Of a stretch of 64,000 nucleotides of DNA, positions 20,532 through 29,807 are shown in pieces. The DNA lies in IMG/VR virus record IMGVR_UViG_3300043411_001170, positions 1 to 64,000 of that record, one strand, 5' to 3'. Below the pieces are notes generated by a model, which did no database searches, was not told where the DNA came from, and saw only the letters and a list, made by a program, of their open reading frames with translations. Source of the stretch: a virus. Within the stretch, counting starts at the first letter, position 1; each line of letters starts with the position of its first letter. The position numbers and the translations under genes were made by a program.

Positions 20532-21257
20532 ATGTCGTTAGAAAATGCACTTATCAAGATGGCTTCTGAAAACCCTGAGCTTGCCGAAGATGTGATCGAC
20601 ATCCTCGCAGCTGCTGAAGACGAAGACGAAGATTTCTATGCTGATGAAGATGAAGACTTTTGGGCTTCCGATGACGAAGACGAAGATTTCTACGCCGAAG
20701 ACGAAGAAGATGATGAGGAAGATGAATTGATCGAAGCCATGTTGCACCTTGCAGCAGAAGGCGGATCAGGCGCTTCTAAGTCCAAGCGCAAGGGCAAGCG
20801 TGGTGTTCAACTTACTGGCGAAATGGGTCGTGCTCTTGCTCCCCACGTTCGCGGTAGAAAATCACAATTCCCTATGGGCCTCTACCTTGCATTCTTGAAA
20901 GAAAAGGGCGAACCCGTTTCGATTCCTCCTTTCAAGCAAAATGCTGCTGCCTTCAAGAAATGGATCAAGACCAAGGCCAAGAAAGGCGGCGCATGGTACA
21001 AAGCCCGTATGAAGAAAATCCAAGGTCGTAAGCAAGCTCTCCGCGATGCTTTTGAATCTGCTGGTGGCGCTCCTGGTGCCAAGGACAGCACCATTAGCAA
21101 CACTCTCCGCAAGGTCAAGAGTGTAATGCGCGGTCGTAAGGCCGTTGAGCCTACTGGCAAGGGAACTCCCGGTAACGCTTGGTCCAAGGAAGATCGCGCA
21201 GCCCTCCGTGGCGCTCGCAACAAGTCTGCTTCCTTGGCAGAAATCCTCGGATACTAA
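20532..21257 (+). CDS. bipartite acidic/basic protein, putative abundant DNA-binding core protein
   Basis: starts MSLENALIKMASENPEL; DEDEDF(Y/W)A repeats, then K/R/A/G-rich C-terminal region; visibly higher GC than its neighbours. Confidence 0.65.
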   Translation: MSLENALIKMASENPELAEDVIDILAAAEDEDEDFYADEDEDFWASDDEDEDFYAEDEEDDEEDELIEAMLHLAAEGGSGASKSKRKGKRGVQLTGEMGRALAPHVRGRKSQFPMGLYLAFLKEKGEPVSIPPFKQNAAAFKKWIKTKAKKGGAWYKARMKKIQGRKQALRDAFESAGGAPGAKDSTISNTLRKVKSVMRGRKAVEPTGKGTPGNAWSKEDRAALRGARNKSASLAEILGY

Positions 21258-21352
21258 GTTCTATAGGGTATAGGTAACGAGCAAAAGTAGGGAGAGGTTG
21301 ACTCTCCCTCAAAAAAGGTTCCTAGCCGTGTACTCTAAAAGTTAAAATTAAG

Positions 21353-21389
21353 AAAGGGTAGGTGTTTTACACCTACCCTTTTCTTTTTT
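21353..21389 (+). terminator. intrinsic terminator
   Basis: AAAGGGTAGGTGT/ACACCTACCCTTT stem followed by T-tract. Confidence 0.85.
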
Positions 21390-21473
21390 ATAGTTAGTTT
21401 TTACGCTTAGGTTTGTCTACTGATACACTATCAATTCCTATAAAAATATGGAAAATACGAGCGGGGATTTTAT

Positions 21474-22517
21474 ATGGATGAGTTTAATGATGCCTTAGAG
21501 TATTTTGACTATGCCGATAGTGAAGAAGGAAAATTAAAAGAAGAAGAGAAGAAAAGGTGGCTACCAGTACAGTTAATTTTAAAAGACCTTTATCCTTTGC
21601 TTGGAAAAGTAACGAATAGAAAACTTGCAAAGGTAACATTTTCGTGGAACGAATGCTGTATTCGATTTAAAATTAACGATGAACTTTTTAAATTTGTCCT
21701 TGATATGGATGAAGAAGATAATTTACAACTTTTACTTTCTTCTGGAAGAGGAAAGAAAAAGCAAGAAACAACGTTGTTGGAGTTTGATAGCGGAGATTTC
21801 TTAAATAAAGAAGAACGTGCTGAAGTCGTTCGAGAACTTCTAAAATGTGTTCTTGGTGTTTTAAATAACTATCTCCCAGACCTAGTTAATACTCCAAAAT
21901 GGTTAAAAGACGAACAGAAAAAAGAACAGAAAGCTCAAGAACTGGAAGATGATCTTGATGATGAAGAGGATGACGGAGAATATGAGGACGAGGATTCTGT
22001 AGCCTATGATGATGACGAAGAAGATTACTTAGCGGGTGCTAAATATGACTATGACGAGTATATAAAATTAGTAGATGATCTTTTTGAAGATGGGCAGATT
22101 GATGAGGAAGAGAAAGAGGATATTCTCGATCTTGCTTATGAAATGATCCATGTTATTGATGATCCTTCTCTTACACCTGCTGGTGGTAAGGGAAAAAGTA
22201 CAAGATCAGTTAAAAAAGCTCCTGCAAAGACATCAAAATCACCCGTTAAAAGAAATCGTGTACTTACTGATTCTGACGGATTTACGGAAGTACAAAGAAA
22301 ATTCCTCTCATATATGGATCAAGTAAGATCCCATGCCAAATCTGAATTAAAAAGAAAGAAAAACATTGTTAATAATAAAAGAACTGTAGGATTTATTACA
22401 GGCATTATAGATACTATACATAGAGGGAAAGAATTAACTCCTGGCCAACGATCTGGTCTGGCTAAGGTTCTAAATTACTATAAGCAAAATGTTTTCGGTT
22501 TTGGTATTGACGACTAA
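21474..22517 (+). CDS. hypothetical protein with acidic middle and basic C-terminus
   Basis: 347 aa; D/E tract followed by K/R-rich tail. Confidence 0.7.
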   Translation: MDEFNDALEYFDYADSEEGKLKEEEKKRWLPVQLILKDLYPLLGKVTNRKLAKVTFSWNECCIRFKINDELFKFVLDMDEEDNLQLLLSSGRGKKKQETTLLEFDSGDFLNKEERAEVVRELLKCVLGVLNNYLPDLVNTPKWLKDEQKKEQKAQELEDDLDDEEDDGEYEDEDSVAYDDDEEDYLAGAKYDYDEYIKLVDDLFEDGQIDEEEKEDILDLAYEMIHVIDDPSLTPAGGKGKSTRSVKKAPAKTSKSPVKRNRVLTDSDGFTEVQRKFLSYMDQVRSHAKSELKRKKNIVNNKRTVGFITGIIDTIHRGKELTPGQRSGLAKVLNYYKQNVFGFGIDD

Positions 22518-22535
22518 CTATATTGGGGTAAATAT

Positions 22536-23111
22536 ATGAATATGAGAAAATTAGCAGCTGCTCTGACAAGTTTTGTAAATAAGGTAGCCGTTTTAGGTTT
22601 ACCAACTGACAATTCAGGATATGCTCAAGCAAAAGAAATACGTTACAATTTACTGAGGGAATTGAAACTCCAGAAAGTAAAGTATGACGTAGATTTATTG
22701 CCTATGGGATCATATGGAAATCTATTCGGTCAGCATCGACCAGTAGCAATAACATCTAATGACGATCTTGAACCAGTTCATATCGGAATCGATGATGAAT
22801 TGGAAGACGACGATAAATTAGCTGTTTATATTGGAAGACCTAAGAATAAATATGCTTATCTTTATTTCAAATCTGACTTATCAGATTTAGATGGTAAGCT
22901 CGATGTTTTAATTGGAATCGTTAATGACTATATGGGAAGTGAAGATCAAGATGAAGCAGACTCTGTTCTTGAGCTAGCTAAGAGACAATATCCAGAAAGA
23001 AAATATGATAGCGTTGATGTACATCCTGCGGTAAAGGGAATTAAATTTCTCCCTTCAACGAAAAATCGCCCTGATGTCGCTTATCCCCGTGGACGCCAAA
23101 GAACAAGATAA
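22536..23111 (+). CDS. hypothetical protein with KxA leader (MNMRKLAA..NKVA)
   Basis: 191 aa; 5' region nearly identical to that of 25023..25475. Confidence 0.7.
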   Translation: MNMRKLAAALTSFVNKVAVLGLPTDNSGYAQAKEIRYNLLRELKLQKVKYDVDLLPMGSYGNLFGQHRPVAITSNDDLEPVHIGIDDELEDDDKLAVYIGRPKNKYAYLYFKSDLSDLDGKLDVLIGIVNDYMGSEDQDEADSVLELAKRQYPERKYDSVDVHPAVKGIKFLPSTKNRPDVAYPRGRQRTR

Positions 23112-23125
23112 TAGCTATAAGAAAG

Positions 23126-23148
23126 AAAAAGGGGCGTAAAAGCCCCTT
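23126..23148. terminator. terminator between convergent genes
   Basis: AAGGGGC/GCCCCTT stem with upstream A-tract. Confidence 0.7.
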
Positions 23149-23156
23149 ACTCTATT

Positions 23157-23501
23157 TTAATAGGTTTCCGTAACCAAATCAAAAAGATTACGGGCTAAAC
23201 GATCTACGTCAGATAAGGGTACTTTCAATACTGTCTTACCTGTTTTATTATTTTTCACTGTAATACTCTTTCCAGCTAAGGACAGAGATAATTCTAGAAT
23301 TTTATCTACAGATTGAGTGTTATCTGATACCAGTAAGACATCTCTTTTTGAATATGACTTAAGAGGGGAATCTTTTTTTCTAGCCATAGCATTAAAAATA
23401 ATAGACGCCCTATTTGTAATCTCATGGATATCATTTGACATCGCTGCTATTTTAATGAGCAGCTTATTAAAACTGTTAGCTAGTCTTGTAGTGTTTGACA
23501 T
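23157..23501 (-). CDS. hypothetical protein with KxA leader (TRLAN..IKIAA)
   Basis: 114 aa ORF. Confidence 0.65.
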   Translation of the reverse strand: MSNTTRLANSFNKLLIKIAAMSNDIHEITNRASIIFNAMARKKDSPLKSYSKRDVLLVSDNTQSVDKILELSLSLAGKSITVKNNKTGKTVLKVPLSDVDRLARNLFDLVTETY

Positions 23502-23512
23502 GATTAAACCTA

Positions 23513-24778
23513 TTATTTCTGTATTACGTTAAAAAGACCAAAGAATGTAAGAATACTATGAATAGTCAGAATATCAGATAAATACTGACTTGCTGTAAAA
23601 GGTTCATTAGCTTCTGCTGCTTTTTTGAATGCCGCAAAAACTTTGGGCAGTATTTTTACACCGTAAGTAAAGAAGAGTTTCGTGTTTGCATCCTTTACAA
23701 GTTTTCCTTCCTTATATGCTTTCCTAATATTAGTTGCAATATTTTTACATCTTACTTCTACATTGGAAATGGCATCAGGTGCAAATTTTTGAGGTCTAGG
23801 AAGATTATCCATTGTATAGACATCTGGAATAACTGTTGTAACTGGAGGAGATGAAAGTACAATTTGATCTGCTTTCTTCCATTTTCTCAAAATTGCAAAA
23901 ATAATGGACTTATATATTGTCTTTGCAACAGAATCTACATTTTCAGTTGAAAGTCTATTTAAGCATAATTCAAGAAGCATCTCTACATTTAACGCCTTTG
24001 AAGGTTTCCCATTATCTTTTTCGGTATAGAAAATGTAATTTAAAATATTACTGATCATGGAGTATTCAGAAGGAGATAAGAAATTCTTACTGATTCCATT
24101 CATCTGATTTAATACTTGGACTCTATGAGTAAGTTTTTTATTTCTTTTTCTACCACCACCTTTAAGATTGGTGAGAAATTCTTGTACCCTGGAAACTTCA
24201 TTTTGAGGAAGTACGTTAGATGTGAGTAGTTTTTGTAAGGTGCTTGTTTTTACCTGAACGGAAGAAAAATAAGATTTCTTCCATGTACCAAATAACTTCT
24301 CTACTTCCTTTCTGATATTAGAGTTGTACTCTCTGAGTCTCTTTCTTTTCTCAGGATCTTGAATAGTATCAAATAGATTTTCGTCCTTATACCATGTTTT
24401 CGGTACAGTTTCTTTTTTAGTAATAGGATTTAAAACAGGCTTTGATCCACCATTATCTCTAGTGTCATAAGCCCATAATAAAAAAGGAACTGTAATAGCG
24501 CGATCTCTTACACCGGGTTGATATACTGCTTGTGGTGCTGGTGGATTTGCAGGTTGAGGACCAATAGGGACAGGGGGAGGTGTAGGAGCGGGTTTTTGAG
24601 CAGGTGGAGGAGTAGAAGGGACAGGAGTTGCGTTTTGAACGGGAGGTGTAGGAGCAGCTTGTGGGAGAGTAGATTGAGGAGGAGGTACAACGTCTAAACC
24701 TAGATCAAGAGGATCTATGTTTTCCTGCTCTGCTAATCTCATTAAAGTTTGAAAACGATTAAATCGTGGTGATGACAT
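23513..24778 (-). CDS. hypothetical protein with RxA leader and Pro-rich linker
   Basis: 421 aa; LMRLAE followed by P/Q/A-rich segment. Confidence 0.7.
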   Translation of the reverse strand: MSSPRFNRFQTLMRLAEQENIDPLDLGLDVVPPPQSTLPQAAPTPPVQNATPVPSTPPPAQKPAPTPPPVPIGPQPANPPAPQAVYQPGVRDRAITVPFLLWAYDTRDNGGSKPVLNPITKKETVPKTWYKDENLFDTIQDPEKRKRLREYNSNIRKEVEKLFGTWKKSYFSSVQVKTSTLQKLLTSNVLPQNEVSRVQEFLTNLKGGGRKRNKKLTHRVQVLNQMNGISKNFLSPSEYSMISNILNYIFYTEKDNGKPSKALNVEMLLELCLNRLSTENVDSVAKTIYKSIIFAILRKWKKADQIVLSSPPVTTVIPDVYTMDNLPRPQKFAPDAISNVEVRCKNIATNIRKAYKEGKLVKDANTKLFFTYGVKILPKVFAAFKKAAEANEPFTASQYLSDILTIHSILTFFGLFNVIQK

Positions 24779-25022
24779 TTTATATTGACCTATTTAGTTA
24801 GGATTTTTCTTTAATAGAGTACAGTATATTTACCCAATCAAAAGATAATAACACTCAATTCCCTATTTTATTATAAGAATAGGAAGGTCGGACATAACTT
24901 GTCCGATTTAATAGTTTTATATTTTAAGAGAGAGAGAGTAACTATTTTTTGTTACTAAAACGTAAAACTATTTAACTTTTTTCTACATAAGGGTAGAAAA
25001 TTCTAACAAAGGTAATAAATAT

Positions 25023-25475
25023 ATGAATATGAGAAAGTTAGCATCAATCTTGAAATTAGCAATCAACATGGAAAAATATAATAAAGAGTTGGATGAGCGG
25101 CACGCGAAAAAAGTGAAAGAGTCCAAAGAAACAGGGCTGCTTTCTAATAGTGTTATCAAAACGTTGAAAGCTATTGGATATTCAGTAAATGTCATCCCTC
25201 CAGATGAGGATGTGCAACCCTATTGGCATCCTACCATAACTGTCGAATCTGAAACAAATGCCCTAAAGGATCTACATATTAATATTCCTCTTTGGAGGGA
25301 TAATCAGGGAAAGATAGATGCAGGAGTTGTAACCGAGTTTTATGTTGGAGATGGAGGAGGAGAAGTTAAAAGCAAAAATAGTGCTACTGTTCTCAAGACT
25401 ATAGTACGATTAGTAAAAGAATATTTTTCAGCAGGAAATCAAAAAGAAGCAAACAAGATTTTAGGACTGAGATAA
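25023..25475 (+). CDS. hypothetical protein with KxA leader (MNMRKLAS..LKLA)
   Basis: 150 aa ORF. Confidence 0.7.
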   Translation: MNMRKLASILKLAINMEKYNKELDERHAKKVKESKETGLLSNSVIKTLKAIGYSVNVIPPDEDVQPYWHPTITVESETNALKDLHINIPLWRDNQGKIDAGVVTEFYVGDGGGEVKSKNSATVLKTIVRLVKEYFSAGNQKEANKILGLR

Positions 25476-25480
25476 AAAGA

Positions 25481-25515
25481 AAAAAGGGAAGCACTGTAAA
25501 ATGCTTCCCCTTTTT
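25481..25515. terminator. bidirectional intrinsic terminator
   Basis: A-tract, GGGAAGCA/TGCTTCCC stem, T-tract, between convergent genes. Confidence 0.85.
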
Positions 25516-25544
25516 CGTATCTAGCTATTTATTTTACTAAGTAT

Positions 25545-25838
25545 TTATTCAGCGACAGCTTGTTTGAGAGCAGGGCTTGGTTTAAACTTGAGAACATCGT
25601 GAGCGGGAACAACGAGAGATTCACCAGTTTTGGGATTACGACCGTTACGTTCCTTACGTTCCTTCAATTCAAAAGTACCAAATCCACGGCATGACACTTT
25701 ACGATCTTCTTGGATCGATTCACCCAATACACGGAAAAATAGTTCCGTCATGGATTCTGCGTCCTTCTTGGTAACAGTGTGACCTTCACTGGTCAAAGAA
25801 GCGTGGAAACGTTCAGATAGTGTTTTGCGAGTTGCCAT
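25545..25838 (-). CDS. hup: HU/IHF-family DNA-binding protein
   Basis: GFGTFELKERKERNGRNPKTGE..VLKFKPS..LK. Confidence 0.95.
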   Translation of the reverse strand: MATRKTLSERFHASLTSEGHTVTKKDAESMTELFFRVLGESIQEDRKVSCRGFGTFELKERKERNGRNPKTGESLVVPAHDVLKFKPSPALKQAVAE

Positions 25839-26138
25839 TAAAAATTCTCCGTTACATCGTTTTGAAACTATTAAACTAAAATAGTTTCTTAAGTAAGGTA
25901 CTATTTACTAGGACTACCAACTGTAGTCCAGACATGGTCATATTACCATGTTCCCTATAAAGTTATAATAAAAATCTTGGGAAGAAGTACAAATTTTATA
26001 TGACGAGGGTTTTTCCCACGTGTATTTTCTAACATGGCTTTAAACTGGTTAAACTATGTTTTCTGGAAGAAACTTTAATCCTTTAATATTCATTTATAAT
26101 GGAATATCTAAATCTCACTTTAACTATACGATAATATT

Positions 26139-27239
26139 ATGAATTTAGCACATAAAATAGAATTCCGTCCGTGTACGGACAAACAGGAAATCTTATTAAA
26201 GAAATCCTGTGGTGTAGCTAGATTCACCTATAATTGGGCGCTAGCCCAATGGAACTCTCAATATAAATTAGGTAATAAACCTACTCCCAATAAATTAAAG
26301 AAACAATTTAATTCTATTAGGAGAGAAGAATTTCCCTGGACTTATGAAGTTTCTAAATGTGCATCGGAGCAGGCTTTTGCCAACCTTGGCACCTCCTTCT
26401 CCAACTTTTTTAAAAAGATAGGTAAATACCCTAAGTTCAAAAAGAAGGGAGCCAAAGACTCCTTCTATATCTCTAACGAGGCATTTAAATTAGAAGAAAA
26501 TAAACTCAAATTATCTAAAATAGGGTGGGTCAAGTTAACTGAAAAATTAAGATTTAAGGGAAAGATAATGAATTTAACGGTCAGCAGAAAAGCTGACCGA
26601 TGGTTTGTATCTTTTAACGTTGAATTAACTTCCGAAGAGGAGTCTTCCTATAGACTCGAAAACCAAGAGTCTATAGGAGTTGATCTAGGAATTAAAAAGA
26701 TAGCCACGTTATCAAATGGAGAATCCTTCGATGGCCCCAGGCCCATGAAGAAATTATTAAAGAAAGTAAAGAAATTATCTAGAAAGGTATCAAAGAAAGT
26801 AAAAGGATCTAAAAATAGAGAAAAAGCTAAAGAGAAGTTAGCTAAGTTACATATGAAAATAGGAAATATAAGAAAAGACAGCCTACATAAGTTAACGACT
26901 AATCTTGTAAAAGATTATGGAGTAATATGTATGGAGGATTTAAATGTGAGAGGGATGGTAAAGAATCACAAGCTGGCAAGAGCCATAAGTGATATGGGAT
27001 TTGGAGAATTTAGAAGACAGTTAGAGTATAAGAGTAAATTAAGAAATGGAAGGATATTATATGTGAATAGATTTTATCCTTCAAGTAAAACATGTAGTTG
27101 TTGTAACTATAGAAAAGAAGAATTAAGTTTAAGTGAAAGAGAATACGTATGTGAGAATTGTGGAATAGTAATAGATAGAGATGTAAATGCAGCTATAAAT
27201 ATAAGAAGAGAAGGGATAAGGGCTTGTGAAAGCCCGTGA
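26139..27239 (+). CDS. tnpB: TnpB RNA-guided endonuclease (IS200/605/IS607 family), no cognate transposase in window
   Basis: CGVARFTYNWAL, PKFKKK, RuvC GVDLG / MEDLNV / DRDVNAA, Zn ribbon CSCC..CENC. Confidence 0.95.
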   Translation: MNLAHKIEFRPCTDKQEILLKKSCGVARFTYNWALAQWNSQYKLGNKPTPNKLKKQFNSIRREEFPWTYEVSKCASEQAFANLGTSFSNFFKKIGKYPKFKKKGAKDSFYISNEAFKLEENKLKLSKIGWVKLTEKLRFKGKIMNLTVSRKADRWFVSFNVELTSEEESSYRLENQESIGVDLGIKKIATLSNGESFDGPRPMKKLLKKVKKLSRKVSKKVKGSKNREKAKEKLAKLHMKIGNIRKDSLHKLTTNLVKDYGVICMEDLNVRGMVKNHKLARAISDMGFGEFRRQLEYKSKLRNGRILYVNRFYPSSKTCSCCNYRKEELSLSEREYVCENCGIVIDRDVNAAINIRREGIRACESP

Positions 27240-27269
27240 GTTGTTTTAGTTTTTTAGAGTAGGTGTATA

Positions 27270-27411
27270 GTACCGTAGGCTATACGGGAATTAAAGTCTG
27301 TGGAGATTGAACCTCTGGTTTTAAATTTATTTAGGATTAAGTTTGATCGATGAAACAGAAAATTATTGTGCGTTCACTTTTGATGTAGCAGGTTAATTCA
27401 ATGATTTCTCC
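27270..27411 (+). ncRNA. putative TnpB omegaRNA (right-end scaffold plus guide)
   Basis: typical 3' scaffold ACCGTAGGCTATACGGGAATTAAAGTCTGTGGAGA..TCGATGAAACAGAAA; TCTGT (27297-301) pairs with ACAGA (27355-59); boundaries approximate. Confidence 0.65.
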
Positions 27412-28093
27412 AAGAGATGTACTAAATTTAGCGATAACACACCCTGGACATAAAAAGAAAATCCTTGCTATTCTAGTAGACGAAGGATTTCCTATAGGTA
27501 TGCTTAAAATTGCGATGTTTACGTTAGAAAGAAAACATCGCACTATGATGAAATTAGCCGAAGAGGGTATAGACTATAATATAAAGCATATGAACTGGAA
27601 CGGTGCTCTGTATGGAAAATTCGTAAAAGAATATAAACAGAGAAGTGAAGACGAACAGAGACTTATCTGGGGAAATAAATGGAATAAATTTAATAAAGAA
27701 TTAACTGAAGATGGTAGAAAAATATGGAATGAATGGCAAAAATCTAATTTGATTGATAATATTGGACATAGATCTAAAGTAGAGCAGAGAAGAAAAGAAG
27801 AGGGATTAGGTCCATTACCAAAACCGCCAAAGAAACCTAGAAAAAGTAATCAGAAGGAGACTCCTTTACCACGTCCACCTTCCGAAAGTGCCTCATCTGA
27901 GAGCAATCCATCAACGGGTACAGCACCTAAGAAAAAGAAACAAAAAGCCCCTAAAAAAGAAAAACCTGTACAGCAGGATTTTTCTGGTGGAGTTGATATC
28001 GATGCCCTTGTAACTCAACAAATGAGTCCAAAACCAGCTACTGCTGAAGATACCAACGCTTTGTTTAGAGACAACGTTGATGACTTCAGCTAA
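27401..28093 (+). CDS. hypothetical protein with KxA motifs and basic Pro-rich tail
   Basis: LNLAITHP..ILAIL, LKIAM, MKLAE. Confidence 0.7.
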   Translation: MISPRDVLNLAITHPGHKKKILAILVDEGFPIGMLKIAMFTLERKHRTMMKLAEEGIDYNIKHMNWNGALYGKFVKEYKQRSEDEQRLIWGNKWNKFNKELTEDGRKIWNEWQKSNLIDNIGHRSKVEQRRKEEGLGPLPKPPKKPRKSNQKETPLPRPPSESASSESNPSTGTAPKKKKQKAPKKEKPVQQDFSGGVDIDALVTQQMSPKPATAEDTNALFRDNVDDFS

Positions 28094-28108
28094 ATCCCGA
28101 AAAAGGGG

Positions 28109-28420
28109 ATGCTCTCTATGACTTACGAAAATCTCATGTTAAATTTTACTTTCTCTAATTTAGAAAAGTATATAGAAGACAATATCAAGACAAGTCCGAC
28201 TATTTCTGTAGAGAAAGCAAATCAGTTACAGGTTATCATCGATAAAATAAATACCATGATGGATAAAAACCTGTTTGATCCAAATGCAAAAACTCCCATC
28301 TTTCACTGGATGAGAGTCAACATGACCTTAAAACTTTTGCTAGAATCAAACAGACATAAATTAACCCAAGCTCTTTCAAAGACCCATGAAGAACCTACGA
28401 AATTACATGATAGAGATTGA
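28109..28420 (+). CDS. hypothetical protein
   Basis: 103 aa ORF with AGGGG RBS. Confidence 0.6.
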   Translation: MLSMTYENLMLNFTFSNLEKYIEDNIKTSPTISVEKANQLQVIIDKINTMMDKNLFDPNAKTPIFHWMRVNMTLKLLLESNRHKLTQALSKTHEEPTKLHDRD

Positions 28421-28426
28421 ATTTTA

Positions 28427-28975
28427 TCAGTCTATGGCATAAATCCCTACTATGATACCAACTGCTGTAAAAACTACAGCAGTTGATCCAGAGATTAACC
28501 ACAATTCCATAGTTGTATGGGATTTTTCTAATTTATCTGAGATTTTTACATTTTCTTTATACGCTTTTTCTAAATCTGTGACGAGATCATTTCTCTGATT
28601 AGATATGTTAGTTATTTCCAGACTCAATGTTTCATAGGACTCTTTTTCAGAGTCATATAAACCTTTATAAGAATCTCGTTGAAAACTAGCTTCGTCTAGT
28701 AATTTACGGTATTCATCTCTTTCCTTTAAGACTTGTGGAAGTAGGGTTGATGTGTTTATTAGATCTTCCATAAGAAGTTTAGGGATTAGAAAACCATCTT
28801 GCCATGCTGTATTGCCAGAACATAGCCAGAAATTAGGTCTGGAGTTTCTGCATCTTGTTTCATTTACAAGATTAGGATCAGGGAGGGGTGTTAGTTCCTG
28901 TGCTTCCAATTTTGGTTTTAATCCAAGATCCAATAGAGTCAATGTCAAGACTAGGAGGGTTGTTAATTTTTTCAT
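28427..28975 (-). CDS. membrane coiled-coil protein, spanin-like
   Basis: signal-peptide-like N-terminus, coiled coil, C-terminal TM helix; overlaps 28878..29273. Confidence 0.55.
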   Translation of the reverse strand: MKKLTTLLVLTLTLLDLGLKPKLEAQELTPLPDPNLVNETRCRNSRPNFWLCSGNTAWQDGFLIPKLLMEDLINTSTLLPQVLKERDEYRKLLDEASFQRDSYKGLYDSEKESYETLSLEITNISNQRNDLVTDLEKAYKENVKISDKLEKSHTTMELWLISGSTAVVFTAVGIIVGIYAID

Positions 28976-29273
28976 CTGTTTCTCTCGATAATATGTCTAA
29001 TTCCAAAAGAGTCGTCTTTAACGTGTTTTCTCTGTTTTCTAATAGAATCAAAGTTTCTTGATGTTTCTTCTGCATCTCTGTATACTCATCAGAGATGATT
29101 TTTAAACGTGATACTGAATCATCTCTTTCTTTTTTTATCTTTTCGACTTGTTCTTGTGTAATCTTATCAAGCCTATTATAATGTATAGTAATACCTACAA
29201 TAATACTTACAAATAATAGAATAATCAGTACTATTATTACAATCCAGCCCCATAACTTGTAATTAGAATCCAT
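28878..29273 (-). CDS. i-spanin (Rz)-like protein
   Basis: single N-terminal TM helix followed by coiled coil; 3' end overlaps partner gene in another frame. Confidence 0.55.
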   Translation of the reverse strand: MDSNYKLWGWIVIIVLIILLFVSIIVGITIHYNRLDKITQEQVEKIKKERDDSVSRLKIISDEYTEMQKKHQETLILLENRENTLKTTLLELDILSRETDEKINNPPSLDIDSIGSWIKTKIGSTGTNTPP

Positions 29274-29353
29274 ATAGCTGTCCTATTGTGTGGGGATTTA
29301 TTTTGCAATCTTAGGTAAGATAAAATAGGTTATCCCTCTAAGGACGAAATTAC

Positions 29354-29806
29354 ATGACTAATAAAAAACAAATAACAAATCCTATTGAAATTGAAAATTT
29401 TGTAAAAGAGTTCCAAGAAAAGGTACGGGTAAAGCTGAACGCCTACGATACTGTATTATCTACCATCATAGAAGAAGAGTTAGAAAATACTTTAAATACT
29501 AAAAGTATGATGGAGATAAAATCTAGTGTGTTTGCATATTACCTGATTCTTGGAATCCTATTAGAGAAAATGAAAGCCACGGCTATAGATACAGGAATAC
29601 CTGAAGAGTTACTAAATGAAAAAATTGAAGAAATTAAAAATAGTAATTCTGACACAACGAGTTCTTATGTTTCAATAAAAAATAGAAAAATAACTGAAGA
29701 AGACAGTGTACCAGAAGGAAATTTTAAAGTAGAAGACGAGATGGATGGTTTATACGAGGATGTTGCCTTATTAAATCTTACGTCGAGTAAAAAGGACAGA
29801 AACTAA
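29354..29806 (+). CDS. hypothetical protein
   Basis: 150 aa acidic ORF abutting groEL. Confidence 0.65.
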   Translation: MTNKKQITNPIEIENFVKEFQEKVRVKLNAYDTVLSTIIEEELENTLNTKSMMEIKSSVFAYYLILGILLEKMKATAIDTGIPEELLNEKIEEIKNSNSDTTSSYVSIKNRKITEEDSVPEGNFKVEDEMDGLYEDVALLNLTSSKKDRN

Positions 29807-29807
29807 G

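Noticed and set aside
20610-20730. GAAGAC/GATGAA tandem DNA repeats as a possible array
   Set aside because: Fully explained by coding for the DEDEDFYA acidic repeats
26139-27239. TnpB as a Cas12-type effector or a nuclease-dead regulator
   Set aside because: No CRISPR array nearby, an ordinary IS right-end scaffold follows, and the RuvC D/E/D residues are intact
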